Source: Bdellovibrionota bacterium
GTDB lineage: Bacteria > Bdellovibrionota_C > UBA2361
DNA length: 15,468 nt
Assembly: GCA_044352465.1 (NCBI GenBank)
Contig: JBILDU010000075.1
Location: 1 to 15,468, forward strand
Reading direction: 5' to 3'
Below the pieces are notes generated by a model, which saw only the letters and a list, made by a program, of their open reading frames with translations, did no database searches and was not told the origin of the DNA. Positions 7,442 through 14,709 of this stretch are shown here, piece after piece; the first letter of the stretch is position 1; every line of letters starts with the position of its first letter. A program made the translations under genes and the position numbers.

Positions 7442-9154
7442 TTACGGAGTCAGCTCCCGCTGCTGATACGGTCGTGCGGTGTCGGAAGACCGCGCAGGTC
7501 CTTGAGGTTGCTTGGTCGTCTCGGAAGCTCTCGCGCCTGAGCCCTCTAATTCAGGGGGTCTCGCGCCGGATTCAAAGATCGTTGAGACGGGCCCGCGCCA
7601 CCTTTCCGGAAGCTTTCCCGTATCACGCAGATAAATTGCGAGGGGCTCGTTGGTTTTAAGAATGAGGAATCGTGCCCCAACTCGCTCAAGGTATCCATTG
7701 ATATCCCCGCCGATCGTGGTGCTCGCGAGGTAGTCTTGGTACGGGGCTGCACCGAGGAGTGAATTCCGGTCGTCGAGCACCGGCTTCCATCGGCCGATTC
7801 CTGATAACGCCAGGAATCCCCCCCAGTCCGGTGTGGCGGCAACTGCGAGCGGTGCGCTGGGGTTCTCGCGATCGATCATTTCAACTAATGCGGTTGCGCC
7901 GTCGAAAGGAAAGCGGTCCCGACTTGGTCCAAACGGGCCGCGGTATGGAGACACAGTGCCGTTGCGCGCAGCATCGGCGAGCGGGAAAAGGGCGAGCAGG
8001 GCGAGGAGGCCGCTGTATGCTCGCAGGGTGATGCGCTGATTGTTATCGAGGGCGGCGATGTGGGTGCCGAGCCGTTGGAAGAGGGGCAGGCGACTGAGTG
8101 GCTCGAAGGCGAGCAGGTGTCGGAGTGCCACGGCGAGGAGTGGGGCTGCGGCGAGTGCGAAGTACGGCATGAAGCGGACCGACTTCAGGGTCGAAAGAGC
8201 GAGGAATCCGATCACGAGGAGCTCGGTGAAATATATCGAGTGGCTCCGACGGGGAGCGAGAAACGCACCGAGAGTCAGCGCAACGATGACGAAGAGGAAA
8301 AGCTGCCCCTCGCCGCTCCATGGATTCAGTGGTTTCCACTCGGAATTGAGACTCATAAAAAAGTCGTCGCTCACAAGTCCGAACACCTGCTGGAGGAGTT
8401 TGTAACCGTACGGGTTGAGGAGCGTCGCCACCGCCATCATGGTCAGTGTTCCGCCGAGCAGAGCGAAAAGCCTCCGATTAAAGGGACGCCGCGCGATGAT
8501 GACGGTATCGTAGAGCAGCCCCACCGTCATAAGCCCAAAGACGATAACGCCGAGCCCGAATGAGGGATGGATATTAGCCCAGAGGGCGGTAAGCGGGAGG
8601 AGGATCGCAACATCCCGAATCGTGACCGGCGTGTCGCTTCGTACCTTGCGAACGATCTCCCAGATGATCGCGGTTACCAGGGCGAACAGAAAGAATCCGA
8701 GAATCACCGGGCGGAGGATAAAATGTATCGTACTTAATTTCAGAGCGACGAGCGCGGCTATGCCGCTCAGAAGGGGCGATCGCGAATGAGCGTAGGCCGC
8801 AGCGAAGGTGAGCCCCATAAAGGTAAGAAGAAAAACCGTCGTCAGAGCGGCGTAAAGAAAAGGCATCCCACGTTCGAGTCCCCCCAGGTTAAACACACCT
8901 GTGAGAAAAACATCGCTCAACCACTGATCGGCAACCCAGGGTCGGGGAGTGGGGGCCGCGAGGAACGGATCGACGCGGGGGATAACGCCGGTCTGTAAAA
9001 TGGACCATCCGGTGAGGAGGTGCCACGAGACCCCCGGATCATCGGCGAAGTGATCCATCTGGAGAGTGGTCAGGGTCCAATACCCAAACACCGCAAAAAT
9101 AATCGCGAACGGTAGACGCATCTTTGATCGACTTGCTGCAACGACCTGTTTCAT
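7442..9154 (-). CDS. Polytopic membrane protein, putative GT-C-fold glycosyltransferase
   Basis: Roughly 10-12 hydrophobic segments. First external loop DDPGVSWHLLTG...P.vDPF...PWVADQWL, then LRP, LWANIHPSF, NPYG, SEWKP, RF.PYF and a C-terminal soluble domain (DWGGFL, LDDR). Start probably ATG 9154 or the next Met (MRLPF); the ORF-track extension to 9322 looks non-coding. Confidence 0.7.
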   Translation of the reverse strand: MKQVVAASRSKMRLPFAIIFAVFGYWTLTTLQMDHFADDPGVSWHLLTGWSILQTGVIPRVDPFLAAPTPRPWVADQWLSDVFLTGVFNLGGLERGMPFLYAALTTVFLLTFMGLTFAAAYAHSRSPLLSGIAALVALKLSTIHFILRPVILGFFLFALVTAIIWEIVRKVRSDTPVTIRDVAILLPLTALWANIHPSFGLGVIVFGLMTVGLLYDTVIIARRPFNRRLFALLGGTLTMMAVATLLNPYGYKLLQQVFGLVSDDFFMSLNSEWKPLNPWSGEGQLFLFVIVALTLGAFLAPRRSHSIYFTELLVIGFLALSTLKSVRFMPYFALAAAPLLAVALRHLLAFEPLSRLPLFQRLGTHIAALDNNQRITLRAYSGLLALLALFPLADAARNGTVSPYRGPFGPSRDRFPFDGATALVEMIDRENPSAPLAVAATPDWGGFLALSGIGRWKPVLDDRNSLLGAAPYQDYLASTTIGGDINGYLERVGARFLILKTNEPLAIYLRDTGKLPERWRGPVSTIFESGARPPELEGSGARASETTKQPQGPARSSDTARPYQQRELTP

Positions 9155-9319
9155 TTGGAGCGTACCACTCAGTGAGCGCCGAAGCCCAGAGGTAAGTGGT
9201 GGAAAAGTCTGTGATTTGTTGCGTGCGAATCTGTAGGCAAAGAGCAGATGAGTTAGCTTTCGAGTTCCTCTATAATCGAGAGGCGCGTTGCCGTTTGGCG
9301 GGTGACCCTTGGCGGGGGC

Positions 9320-9343
9320 CACTGCGGGGCGACACTGCGGGGC
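9320..9343. repeat. 11-bp direct repeat CACTGCGGGGC x2 (13-bp period)
   Basis: Copies at 9320-9330 and 9333-9343, immediately beyond the terminator T-tract. Confidence 0.75.
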
Positions 9344-9345
9344 CC

Positions 9346-9379
9346 AAATAAAGAGCCCCCGCCGGATGGGCGAGGGCTC
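9346..9379 (-). terminator. Rho-independent terminator on the minus strand
   Basis: Minus strand GAGCCCTCGCC-catcc-GGCGGGGGCTC-TTTATTT: an 11-bp stem with one G-U pair plus a U-rich tail. No CDS ends here. Confidence 0.8.
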
Positions 9380-9423
9380 GTCGCACTTGTTACTCTTGGA
9401 GGACGCCCGTTAACCGGACCTGA
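9346..9423 (-). ncRNA. Candidate small RNA or leader RNA, about 75 nt
   Basis: Extended -10 TG-G-CATACT (9429-9437), 5' hairpin GTCCG-gttaa-CGGGC, TCCTCC anti-SD-like segment (9398-9403) and an intrinsic terminator. No family recognised. Confidence 0.45.
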
Positions 9424-9527
9424 ACCCTAGTATGCCACGAAATTGGGTCAGAGGTGTTAGCCAATCTTAAAAATTTTGTGAGTTTGTTTCTCGGAATAAA
9501 GCTAAGTATTGCAGGGAGTTAGTAGCT

Positions 9528-10529
9528 ATGTCGGCCGATCGTTTTAGCGTCATTATTCACGGTGGGGCGGTTGATCGTGAGGTGGCGCTCGGCGACCACC
9601 GTGAGAAGCCGGTTCTTGGAGAGGCGCTCGATGCGGCGTGGGAGCGGCTCGTCGCGGGGCGTCCGGGCGAGGAGGCGGTGGCAGCCGCGCTCAAGGTGAT
9701 GGAGGGGTGCGAGTTCTTCGATTCGGGGTACGGAAGCTTTCTGAACGAACACGGAAAGGTTCGGCTCGATGTCGCGCTGATGCGGGGTAACGGTGATTTT
9801 ATCTCGCTGATGAACATTGCGCGGGTCAAATATCCCTCAGCGTTGGCGCTCGATAATCTTGTTCCGGGGAAATCGTTGATGGCGGTGTGGACCGAGGAGC
9901 GGATGAGGGCGCTCGATAAAGTTTCGCAGGAGCGCAAAACCCGGTACGGGTGGGTGGCAACCGAGGAGGAGATGATCGCGCCGTTTGCTCGGGAGAAAAC
10001 TGAGTTTCTGCTCGCTGACGCGGATAGTCAGGGGATGGCGTGGAAGCCGGCGACGTTGGGGCACGACACGGTTGGATGTGTGGTCCGCGATGGAAGTGGA
10101 AAAATATTTGCCGGAACTTCGACCGGAGGTATCGCGCTGAAGCCGGATGGACGAGTTGGCGACTCGCCACTTGTCGGCGCTGGGGTGTATGCTGATAACG
10201 CGATCGGGGGGCTCTCGGCCACCGGGGCGGGTGAAACAATCATAAAATCGACGGTGAGTGCCTTCGTTGTCGCTGAGATGCGGCGGTTGATTCGGCGCGA
10301 TCCTGAGATCTTTGTGCGAGAACCGGGCAAGCTGCGCGAGGTTATCGAGGCCGAAATCGGCGAGATGAGTCGCAAATACCCGGGTAACATGGCGGGTCTC
10401 ATCGTGATGCCGCTGCAGGGACTTCCCGCCTACGGCTTTAATTCACCAGGCTTGTCGGTGGCAACTCGAACAGGGTCGGCGCACGTGATCGACCACGAGG
10501 ACGTTCAGGTAGCGGTTCACCCCGCGTAG
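9528..10529 (+). CDS. Isoaspartyl peptidase/L-asparaginase family Ntn hydrolase (Asparaginase_2), divergent
   Basis: IIHGGA N-terminus, autocleavage site HD/TVG (Thr181), GTSTGG, GRVGDSPLVGAG, SATGAGE. GGGAG SD upstream. Confidence 0.92.
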   Translation: MSADRFSVIIHGGAVDREVALGDHREKPVLGEALDAAWERLVAGRPGEEAVAAALKVMEGCEFFDSGYGSFLNEHGKVRLDVALMRGNGDFISLMNIARVKYPSALALDNLVPGKSLMAVWTEERMRALDKVSQERKTRYGWVATEEEMIAPFAREKTEFLLADADSQGMAWKPATLGHDTVGCVVRDGSGKIFAGTSTGGIALKPDGRVGDSPLVGAGVYADNAIGGLSATGAGETIIKSTVSAFVVAEMRRLIRRDPEIFVREPGKLREVIEAEIGEMSRKYPGNMAGLIVMPLQGLPAYGFNSPGLSVATRTGSAHVIDHEDVQVAVHPA

Positions 10530-10765
10530 CCCGTCCGATAAGTTTTTTCACCGGTCAGAGGTTGGGCGAGCGGGATACGAGCGCGGCCACGCTGGCCGCA
10601 CCGATACCGGAGCGAAACGCGGGGCTGCACCTGGCGGAATGTGGTTATTCTTATGATGGCCCATTTTTAGTGCGCGCTCGAAGCGTTTTTTTGAGTGTAC
10701 AATGCGCGCGAGTGTTAGCTCGGTGAGGGGCGTCTTTGCCGAGCTGTATGGATTGAAGGGGGACT

Positions 10766-11689
10766 ATGGGGGTGATCATCCTGGCGAGCGATGAGGGGGA
10801 GTTCGGTATGGCGGCCGCTGCGGCGACCTTTGCTCGCACCGGTTCCCGGTTCGAGGCTTTAGAGGCGGGCATTAAAGCGGTAGAGGATGACCTGCGGGCA
10901 CGCACGGTCGGTTTCGGTGGTGCGCCGAACGCCGCGGGCGTTATGGAGCTCGATGCGTCCTTTATGGATGGCGAGACGCGGATGTGTGGTGCTGTCGGTG
11001 CCCTACGAGATACCCGTCATCCGATCGTTGTGGCGCGTCGGGTGATGGAGGAGCTCCCCCACGTCTTTCTCGTGGGCGCTGGAGCGGCACGGTTCGCGCG
11101 TGAGGTCAACGCGGAGTCGCGCGATATGCTCGCGCCGGTGTCCCGTGATGATTTCGCCGAGTGGATGAGCGCCCACCAAACGACCGCGGAGCGGCTCGCG
11201 GTGGAGCCCCTCAAGCCTTTGATGGATTACACCCCCAAGCGTGACCTCTCGTTCGGCACGGTGACCTTCGTCATGCGAGATGATGCTGGTCATTTTGCGG
11301 GCGGGGTCAGTACGTCCGGTTGGGCCTACAAATATCCTGGTCGACTGGGCGATTCTCCGGTGATCGGGGCGGGGCTCTATGTGGATGACCGTTACGGAGC
11401 GTGCGCTTGTACCCACACCGGTGAGATGACGATTCGAGCGACGACCGCCCATTCGGTGGTGATGCATATGCGTTACGGCCGGTCAGTCGAAGAGGCTTGT
11501 CGCCTCGCGGCGGAGGACCTCCTGACGCTCGCGGGGGGGTATCTCGGCCCGGTGATACTCCACGCTCTGGATCGTCACGGCACTCCTTTCGTCCTCCGGA
11601 TCGGTGACACCGATGGTGATCGAGCTTGGCTCTGGCGCGGGGGGAGCACGGGGATTGAGCCGATACCGGTGACACCCTATAACGCGTGA
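10766..11689 (+). CDS. Asparaginase_2-family Ntn hydrolase, glycosylasparaginase-like subgroup
   Basis: VEDD...VGFGGAPN, MELDASFMDG, GAVGAL, HVFLVGAGA, autocleavage FG/TV (Thr165), VSTSGWAYKYPGRLGDSPVIGAG. Purine-rich SD GAAGGGGG upstream. Confidence 0.92.
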   Translation: MGVIILASDEGEFGMAAAAATFARTGSRFEALEAGIKAVEDDLRARTVGFGGAPNAAGVMELDASFMDGETRMCGAVGALRDTRHPIVVARRVMEELPHVFLVGAGAARFAREVNAESRDMLAPVSRDDFAEWMSAHQTTAERLAVEPLKPLMDYTPKRDLSFGTVTFVMRDDAGHFAGGVSTSGWAYKYPGRLGDSPVIGAGLYVDDRYGACACTHTGEMTIRATTAHSVVMHMRYGRSVEEACRLAAEDLLTLAGGYLGPVILHALDRHGTPFVLRIGDTDGDRAWLWRGGSTGIEPIPVTPYNA

Positions 11690-11760
11690 GTGCCCATCGG
11701 CGGAGCGAGGCCCCCAATGCCCCGCTCAACAGGAGTCCCGCACCTTGGCCAAAGGCCGCC

Positions 11761-13446
11761 TTACCAGTCTGGCCTACCGAATCGGACGTTTCCGGCTGTT
11801 TGAATCTGGTTGATGAGTCTCTCCACCGCGGTGTTGGAAGCCCCGGTAATGACTACCTGACACCAGTTTGCTGGCCGGGTAATGAGATAGTTATCTCCAA
11901 CTTTTGAGCAGATAGTTCCGAAATGAAGGGGCGTGACTCGCCCCGACTCCGGGTCGGCACGGGTGAGCGCGCGCCCCCCGATGGTAAGCATCTCCTCGAG
12001 TTGGTGCATCGATACGATAGGTTCGTTAGCGATGAGGTAGGGGGCTCGCCATGCCGGGGCACCGAGCTTCAGGCTGCCCAGGATGTACGCGGCGGAGGAG
12101 ATGGGCGGACGGGCGTTCAGTTCGATAATGCGGACATCGATGTCGCCACTCGGGGTCTTGAGTAGGATAAAGTCGATCCCGCACACCCCCGCAAAATCGA
12201 GCCGTGAGTGCACGAGTTGGCCGATTTGCTTGGTTTGGGCTTCGAGCGTGGTGCGGACGCTCTGGCCGAACCTACCCTCGAGATCAAGGAGGCCACTGCC
12301 CAGGAACTCACCCCCTTCTCCGATAATCTGCTGAAAATAGGCGTGGGTAACGTGGCGTCCACCGCGGGATATCTCCACGACCGAGCTCCCCGTAAGGACC
12401 TTCTCTCCAAACATCGCTGCATCCACCTCGAGGGTGACGCCGAAGTGTCGGGGGCACGGTGCTCCGGGGGGCCATACCTCCGCGGCGCTTTTAGGAGAGA
12501 AGCCCCCGGACGCGACAAGACCGGTGATCACGTCCCCCCGCAAGTTCTCAAGGGCTCGCCCGAGCATCCCCTCATCAAATCCTGGGGGCAGGTGGTAGAC
12601 CCCACACCCACCCATGGCGTGTGATAGCTTCAGCCACGCCCCATAAGCTTGGAAGAAGCGGGGAATCTGGGAGAAATGGAGCTCCTCGGTCACCTCGACG
12701 AAGGGGCACGTCGCGACGCCGAATTCGTGGGCGTGTCGATGGAGGGCTCTTTTGTCATCGGTAGAGATCGAGTCCCCCCTTTGAATCGGTTCAAAGCCGA
12801 GTTCACGGGCGCGGTCTCGGACCTCTGGGGTTGAAAAAGCGGAAACAAACGCCTCCCCGTGGAAGCGGGCTAGCTCGGTGGGGGGAAGGGTGCGGGCAAG
12901 GGAGAGGATATCGATATCGGTCATCCTACCCCCGGCGAGCGCCCCACGGGGGATATCGAGGGGCACCACCTGTTCCGGAGAATTAAGGCCCTCCCCGATA
13001 GCGTATTCAAGGGCACCGGGTATCGGTCGGGGCACGAGGGCGACCTCGCCGCGCTGCGCGGTATTAAGGGCTAGCTGAGATATCGCCCACGAATCAGCGG
13101 GGGACGGGTCGATGTAGAGCGGCATCGGGCTCTCGCTCGTTCCGCCTTCCGGCCGGGGTCGATGGAAGACCGAGTTGTCGTGAAAATTATGGGCGAGGAA
13201 GATCGGTCCGCCGATTACTCGCTGGTCCTCACACGAGGCCACTGAAAATCCGAGCGACAGGGAGGGGGGCGGCGGCATTGGGCGGGAGCCGAAGCGGTGC
13301 TCCTCGAGCCGTAAAGCCCCATCCGCCACGCGAGGGCCACCCATCCGATGTGGTTCCTCCCCCCTTGGTGATGGTGTCGGGTTGGTTGATAAGCGCTCGT
13401 CCGGTGGCACCGAAAAGTCTTCCCTTATTTCGCCCCTAAAATCCAA
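11761..13446 (-). CDS. ATP-grasp domain protein, probable PGM1-related (pre-ATP-grasp) peptide/amide ligase
   Basis: DDKRAL, WLKLSHAMGGCGV loop, GVCGIDFIL, IIELNARPPISS (E-x-N-x-R). GEVALVPRPIPGALEY resembles the pre-ATP-grasp segment. The TTG start is uncertain and the first ~70 aa are Pro-rich and low complexity. Confidence 0.78.
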   Translation of the reverse strand: MDFRGEIREDFSVPPDERLSTNPTPSPRGEEPHRMGGPRVADGALRLEEHRFGSRPMPPPPSLSLGFSVASCEDQRVIGGPIFLAHNFHDNSVFHRPRPEGGTSESPMPLYIDPSPADSWAISQLALNTAQRGEVALVPRPIPGALEYAIGEGLNSPEQVVPLDIPRGALAGGRMTDIDILSLARTLPPTELARFHGEAFVSAFSTPEVRDRARELGFEPIQRGDSISTDDKRALHRHAHEFGVATCPFVEVTEELHFSQIPRFFQAYGAWLKLSHAMGGCGVYHLPPGFDEGMLGRALENLRGDVITGLVASGGFSPKSAAEVWPPGAPCPRHFGVTLEVDAAMFGEKVLTGSSVVEISRGGRHVTHAYFQQIIGEGGEFLGSGLLDLEGRFGQSVRTTLEAQTKQIGQLVHSRLDFAGVCGIDFILLKTPSGDIDVRIIELNARPPISSAAYILGSLKLGAPAWRAPYLIANEPIVSMHQLEEMLTIGGRALTRADPESGRVTPLHFGTICSKVGDNYLITRPANWCQVVITGASNTAVERLINQIQTAGNVRFGRPDW

Positions 13447-13476
13447 CCTCGCAGACCGCGATAAGATTGGAATTCA

Positions 13477-13833
13477 CTATATGAAGAACATGGGGCGACT
13501 AATCAAGTCTTCGAGTGGATTTTTCGAGGGGAGCGGAAGAAAAGTTTCGCGGGGTGCCGAGCGGATCATCGGCGGTGGAGGGCTTGTGGTGTTTTTAGCT
13601 TCGCTTCGGCGCGACCGCGGTGCTTGGAGGGGCTCCTTGATGAGGCTGCGGAGATATCGACGTGAGGAGCGTCGATCATCTATCCGCGTCGGCGCAGCCA
13701 CCGGTGCGGCGCTCCGGTGGCTGGGCGGCTCGACAGGACATCGATTTGAAGCGATGCGGAGCTCCACAAGCGATTTCTCAGCGTTGGAGGAGCTCTTTCG
13801 CCACGAGAGTGGGGGAAGCGTGAGGGTGGGCAT
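13477..13833 (-). CDS. Small basic Pro/Arg/Ser-rich hypothetical protein, 118 aa
   Basis: ATG start. Codon choice (CTC, GAG, CGC, ATC) resembles the neighbouring genes. Ends 30 nt before the ATP-grasp ORF on the same strand and has an AT-rich upstream region. No family recognised. Confidence 0.45.
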   Translation of the reverse strand: MPTLTLPPLSWRKSSSNAEKSLVELRIASNRCPVEPPSHRSAAPVAAPTRIDDRRSSRRYLRSLIKEPLQAPRSRRSEAKNTTSPPPPMIRSAPRETFLPLPSKNPLEDLISRPMFFI

Positions 13834-13891
13834 CTCAGCTCGGTGAGAATAATAGGTAAGTTGCTATTACAGCAGCGTTTTTTTTAGCCGT

Positions 13892-13918
13892 TAAGCCTTA
13901 AGGCAACTGATCCGATTA
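13892..13918 (+). promoter_or_regulatory. sigma-28 (FliA) promoter of fliS
   Basis: TAAG-N15-TCCGATTA, compared with the consensus TAAA-N15-GCCGATAA, directly upstream of a late flagellar gene. Confidence 0.8.
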
Positions 13919-13997
13919 CTTTTTGTAAGGACGTTGCGGTCCCCAAAGAAGCGCGAGTAGTTGCACGTAGGAGATTAGGTTAGGACGAAGGAGCCCC

Positions 13998-14444
13998 ATG
14001 TACGGCAAGAATGCCCACAATGCCTATCAGACGGTTCAGGTGACGACCACGGATCGAGGTCGTCTCCTTCTCATGATGTACGAAGGTGCGATTAAATTCT
14101 TGAGACAGGCGAAAGCCGGCGTCGAGGAGAACGATATCGCCAAGTTCTGTCGCTTTCTCAGCAAGGGACAAGCGATCATCGCGGAGCTTATGAATACCCT
14201 TGATTTTGAGAAGGGGGGATCGATCGCCCGGGATCTCGACCGACTCTACGACTTCATGCTCTTTTACCTAACGGAGGCGAATCTCCACCGCGATACCAAG
14301 CGTGTGGCCAAGGTTATCGAGCTCCTGGATACGATTTATTCCGCCTACAAAGAGATCATCGAGGGCGAGAAGAAATCGGTCTCGCCGACGGAGCAGGCCG
14401 CCGAGGTCAACGAGGCGATACGCCGCGTACAGATCTCGCTCTAA
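13998..14444 (+). CDS. fliS: Flagellin export chaperone FliS
   Basis: NAYQTVQVTT, LLLMMYEGAIKFL, KGQAIIAELMNTLDFEKGGSIARDLDRLYDFM, LTEAN. SD AAGGAG at 13988-13993. Confidence 0.96.
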   Translation: MYGKNAHNAYQTVQVTTTDRGRLLLMMYEGAIKFLRQAKAGVEENDIAKFCRFLSKGQAIIAELMNTLDFEKGGSIARDLDRLYDFMLFYLTEANLHRDTKRVAKVIELLDTIYSAYKEIIEGEKKSVSPTEQAAEVNEAIRRVQISL

Positions 14445-14545
14445 GAGACCGGCCAAGCGGGGCATCGCTGCCTCGGCGTTAGGTTAGTCAGCGCCCATTC
14501 GTGCGGAAAATGGCACGAGTCAGCGCGGAATCCTCAGAGATGAAT

Positions 14546-14598
14546 AAAGCCTCGCGGCGGTGTGTCAAAAAGTCGACACACCGCCGCGAGGCTTTTTT
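14546..14598 (+). terminator. Long perfect inverted repeat / intrinsic terminator after fliS
   Basis: AAAGCCTCGCGGCGGTGTGTC (14546-14566), 8-nt loop, GACACACCGCCGCGAGGCTTT (14575-14595). T6 run at 14593-14598. Confidence 0.85.
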
Positions 14599-14709
14599 GC
14601 GCAAACATCGCTACCACCGGTGCATCCAAAACGAGACGACAAGCGACCTCCAGCAAAGGCACGGGTGCGCTTCGATGTCGCAAGACAGCTCTCGTAAGGC
14701 ACGACAATA

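Noticed and set aside
9155..9322. 56-aa N-terminal extension of the membrane protein given by the ORF track
   Set aside because: GTG start inside a repeat with no SD, and the sequence looks like promoter/UTR. Family-like sequence begins after Met57.
9405..9425. SRP RNA or 6S RNA (TCAGGTCCGG on the minus strand)
   Set aside because: Lacks the SRP GGAA loop followed by GCAGC, and no long 6S-like rod structure is visible.
10534..10541. sigma-28 -10 box TCCGATAA between the asparaginase genes
   Set aside because: No TAAA-like -35 at the 15-nt spacing.
10674..10692. Terminator between the two asparaginase genes (GCGCT-cga-AGCGT plus T-run)
   Set aside because: The stem is only 4-5 bp with a 3-nt loop and lies about 145 nt from the stop. 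It may instead be part of a promoter region (TACAAT at 10698-10703).
9528..13446. Cyanophycin or graspetide gene cluster
   Set aside because: The ATP-grasp protein lacks the Mur-ligase half of CphA, there is no cyanophycinase, and no precursor with repeated Thr/Lys-Asp/Glu cores is present.
13382..13846. 154-aa plus-strand ORF, with a weak TAAA-N16-CGCGATAA sigma-28-like match at 13437-13464
   Set aside because: Arg/Gly/Ser-rich shadow-like composition, no SD and an imperfect promoter. The minus-strand 118-aa ORF fits better, although this is not fully excluded.
14510..14526. sigma-54 promoter (TGGCACG)
   Set aside because: The -12 TTGC is missing and the GG-to-GC spacing is 9 rather than 10 nt.
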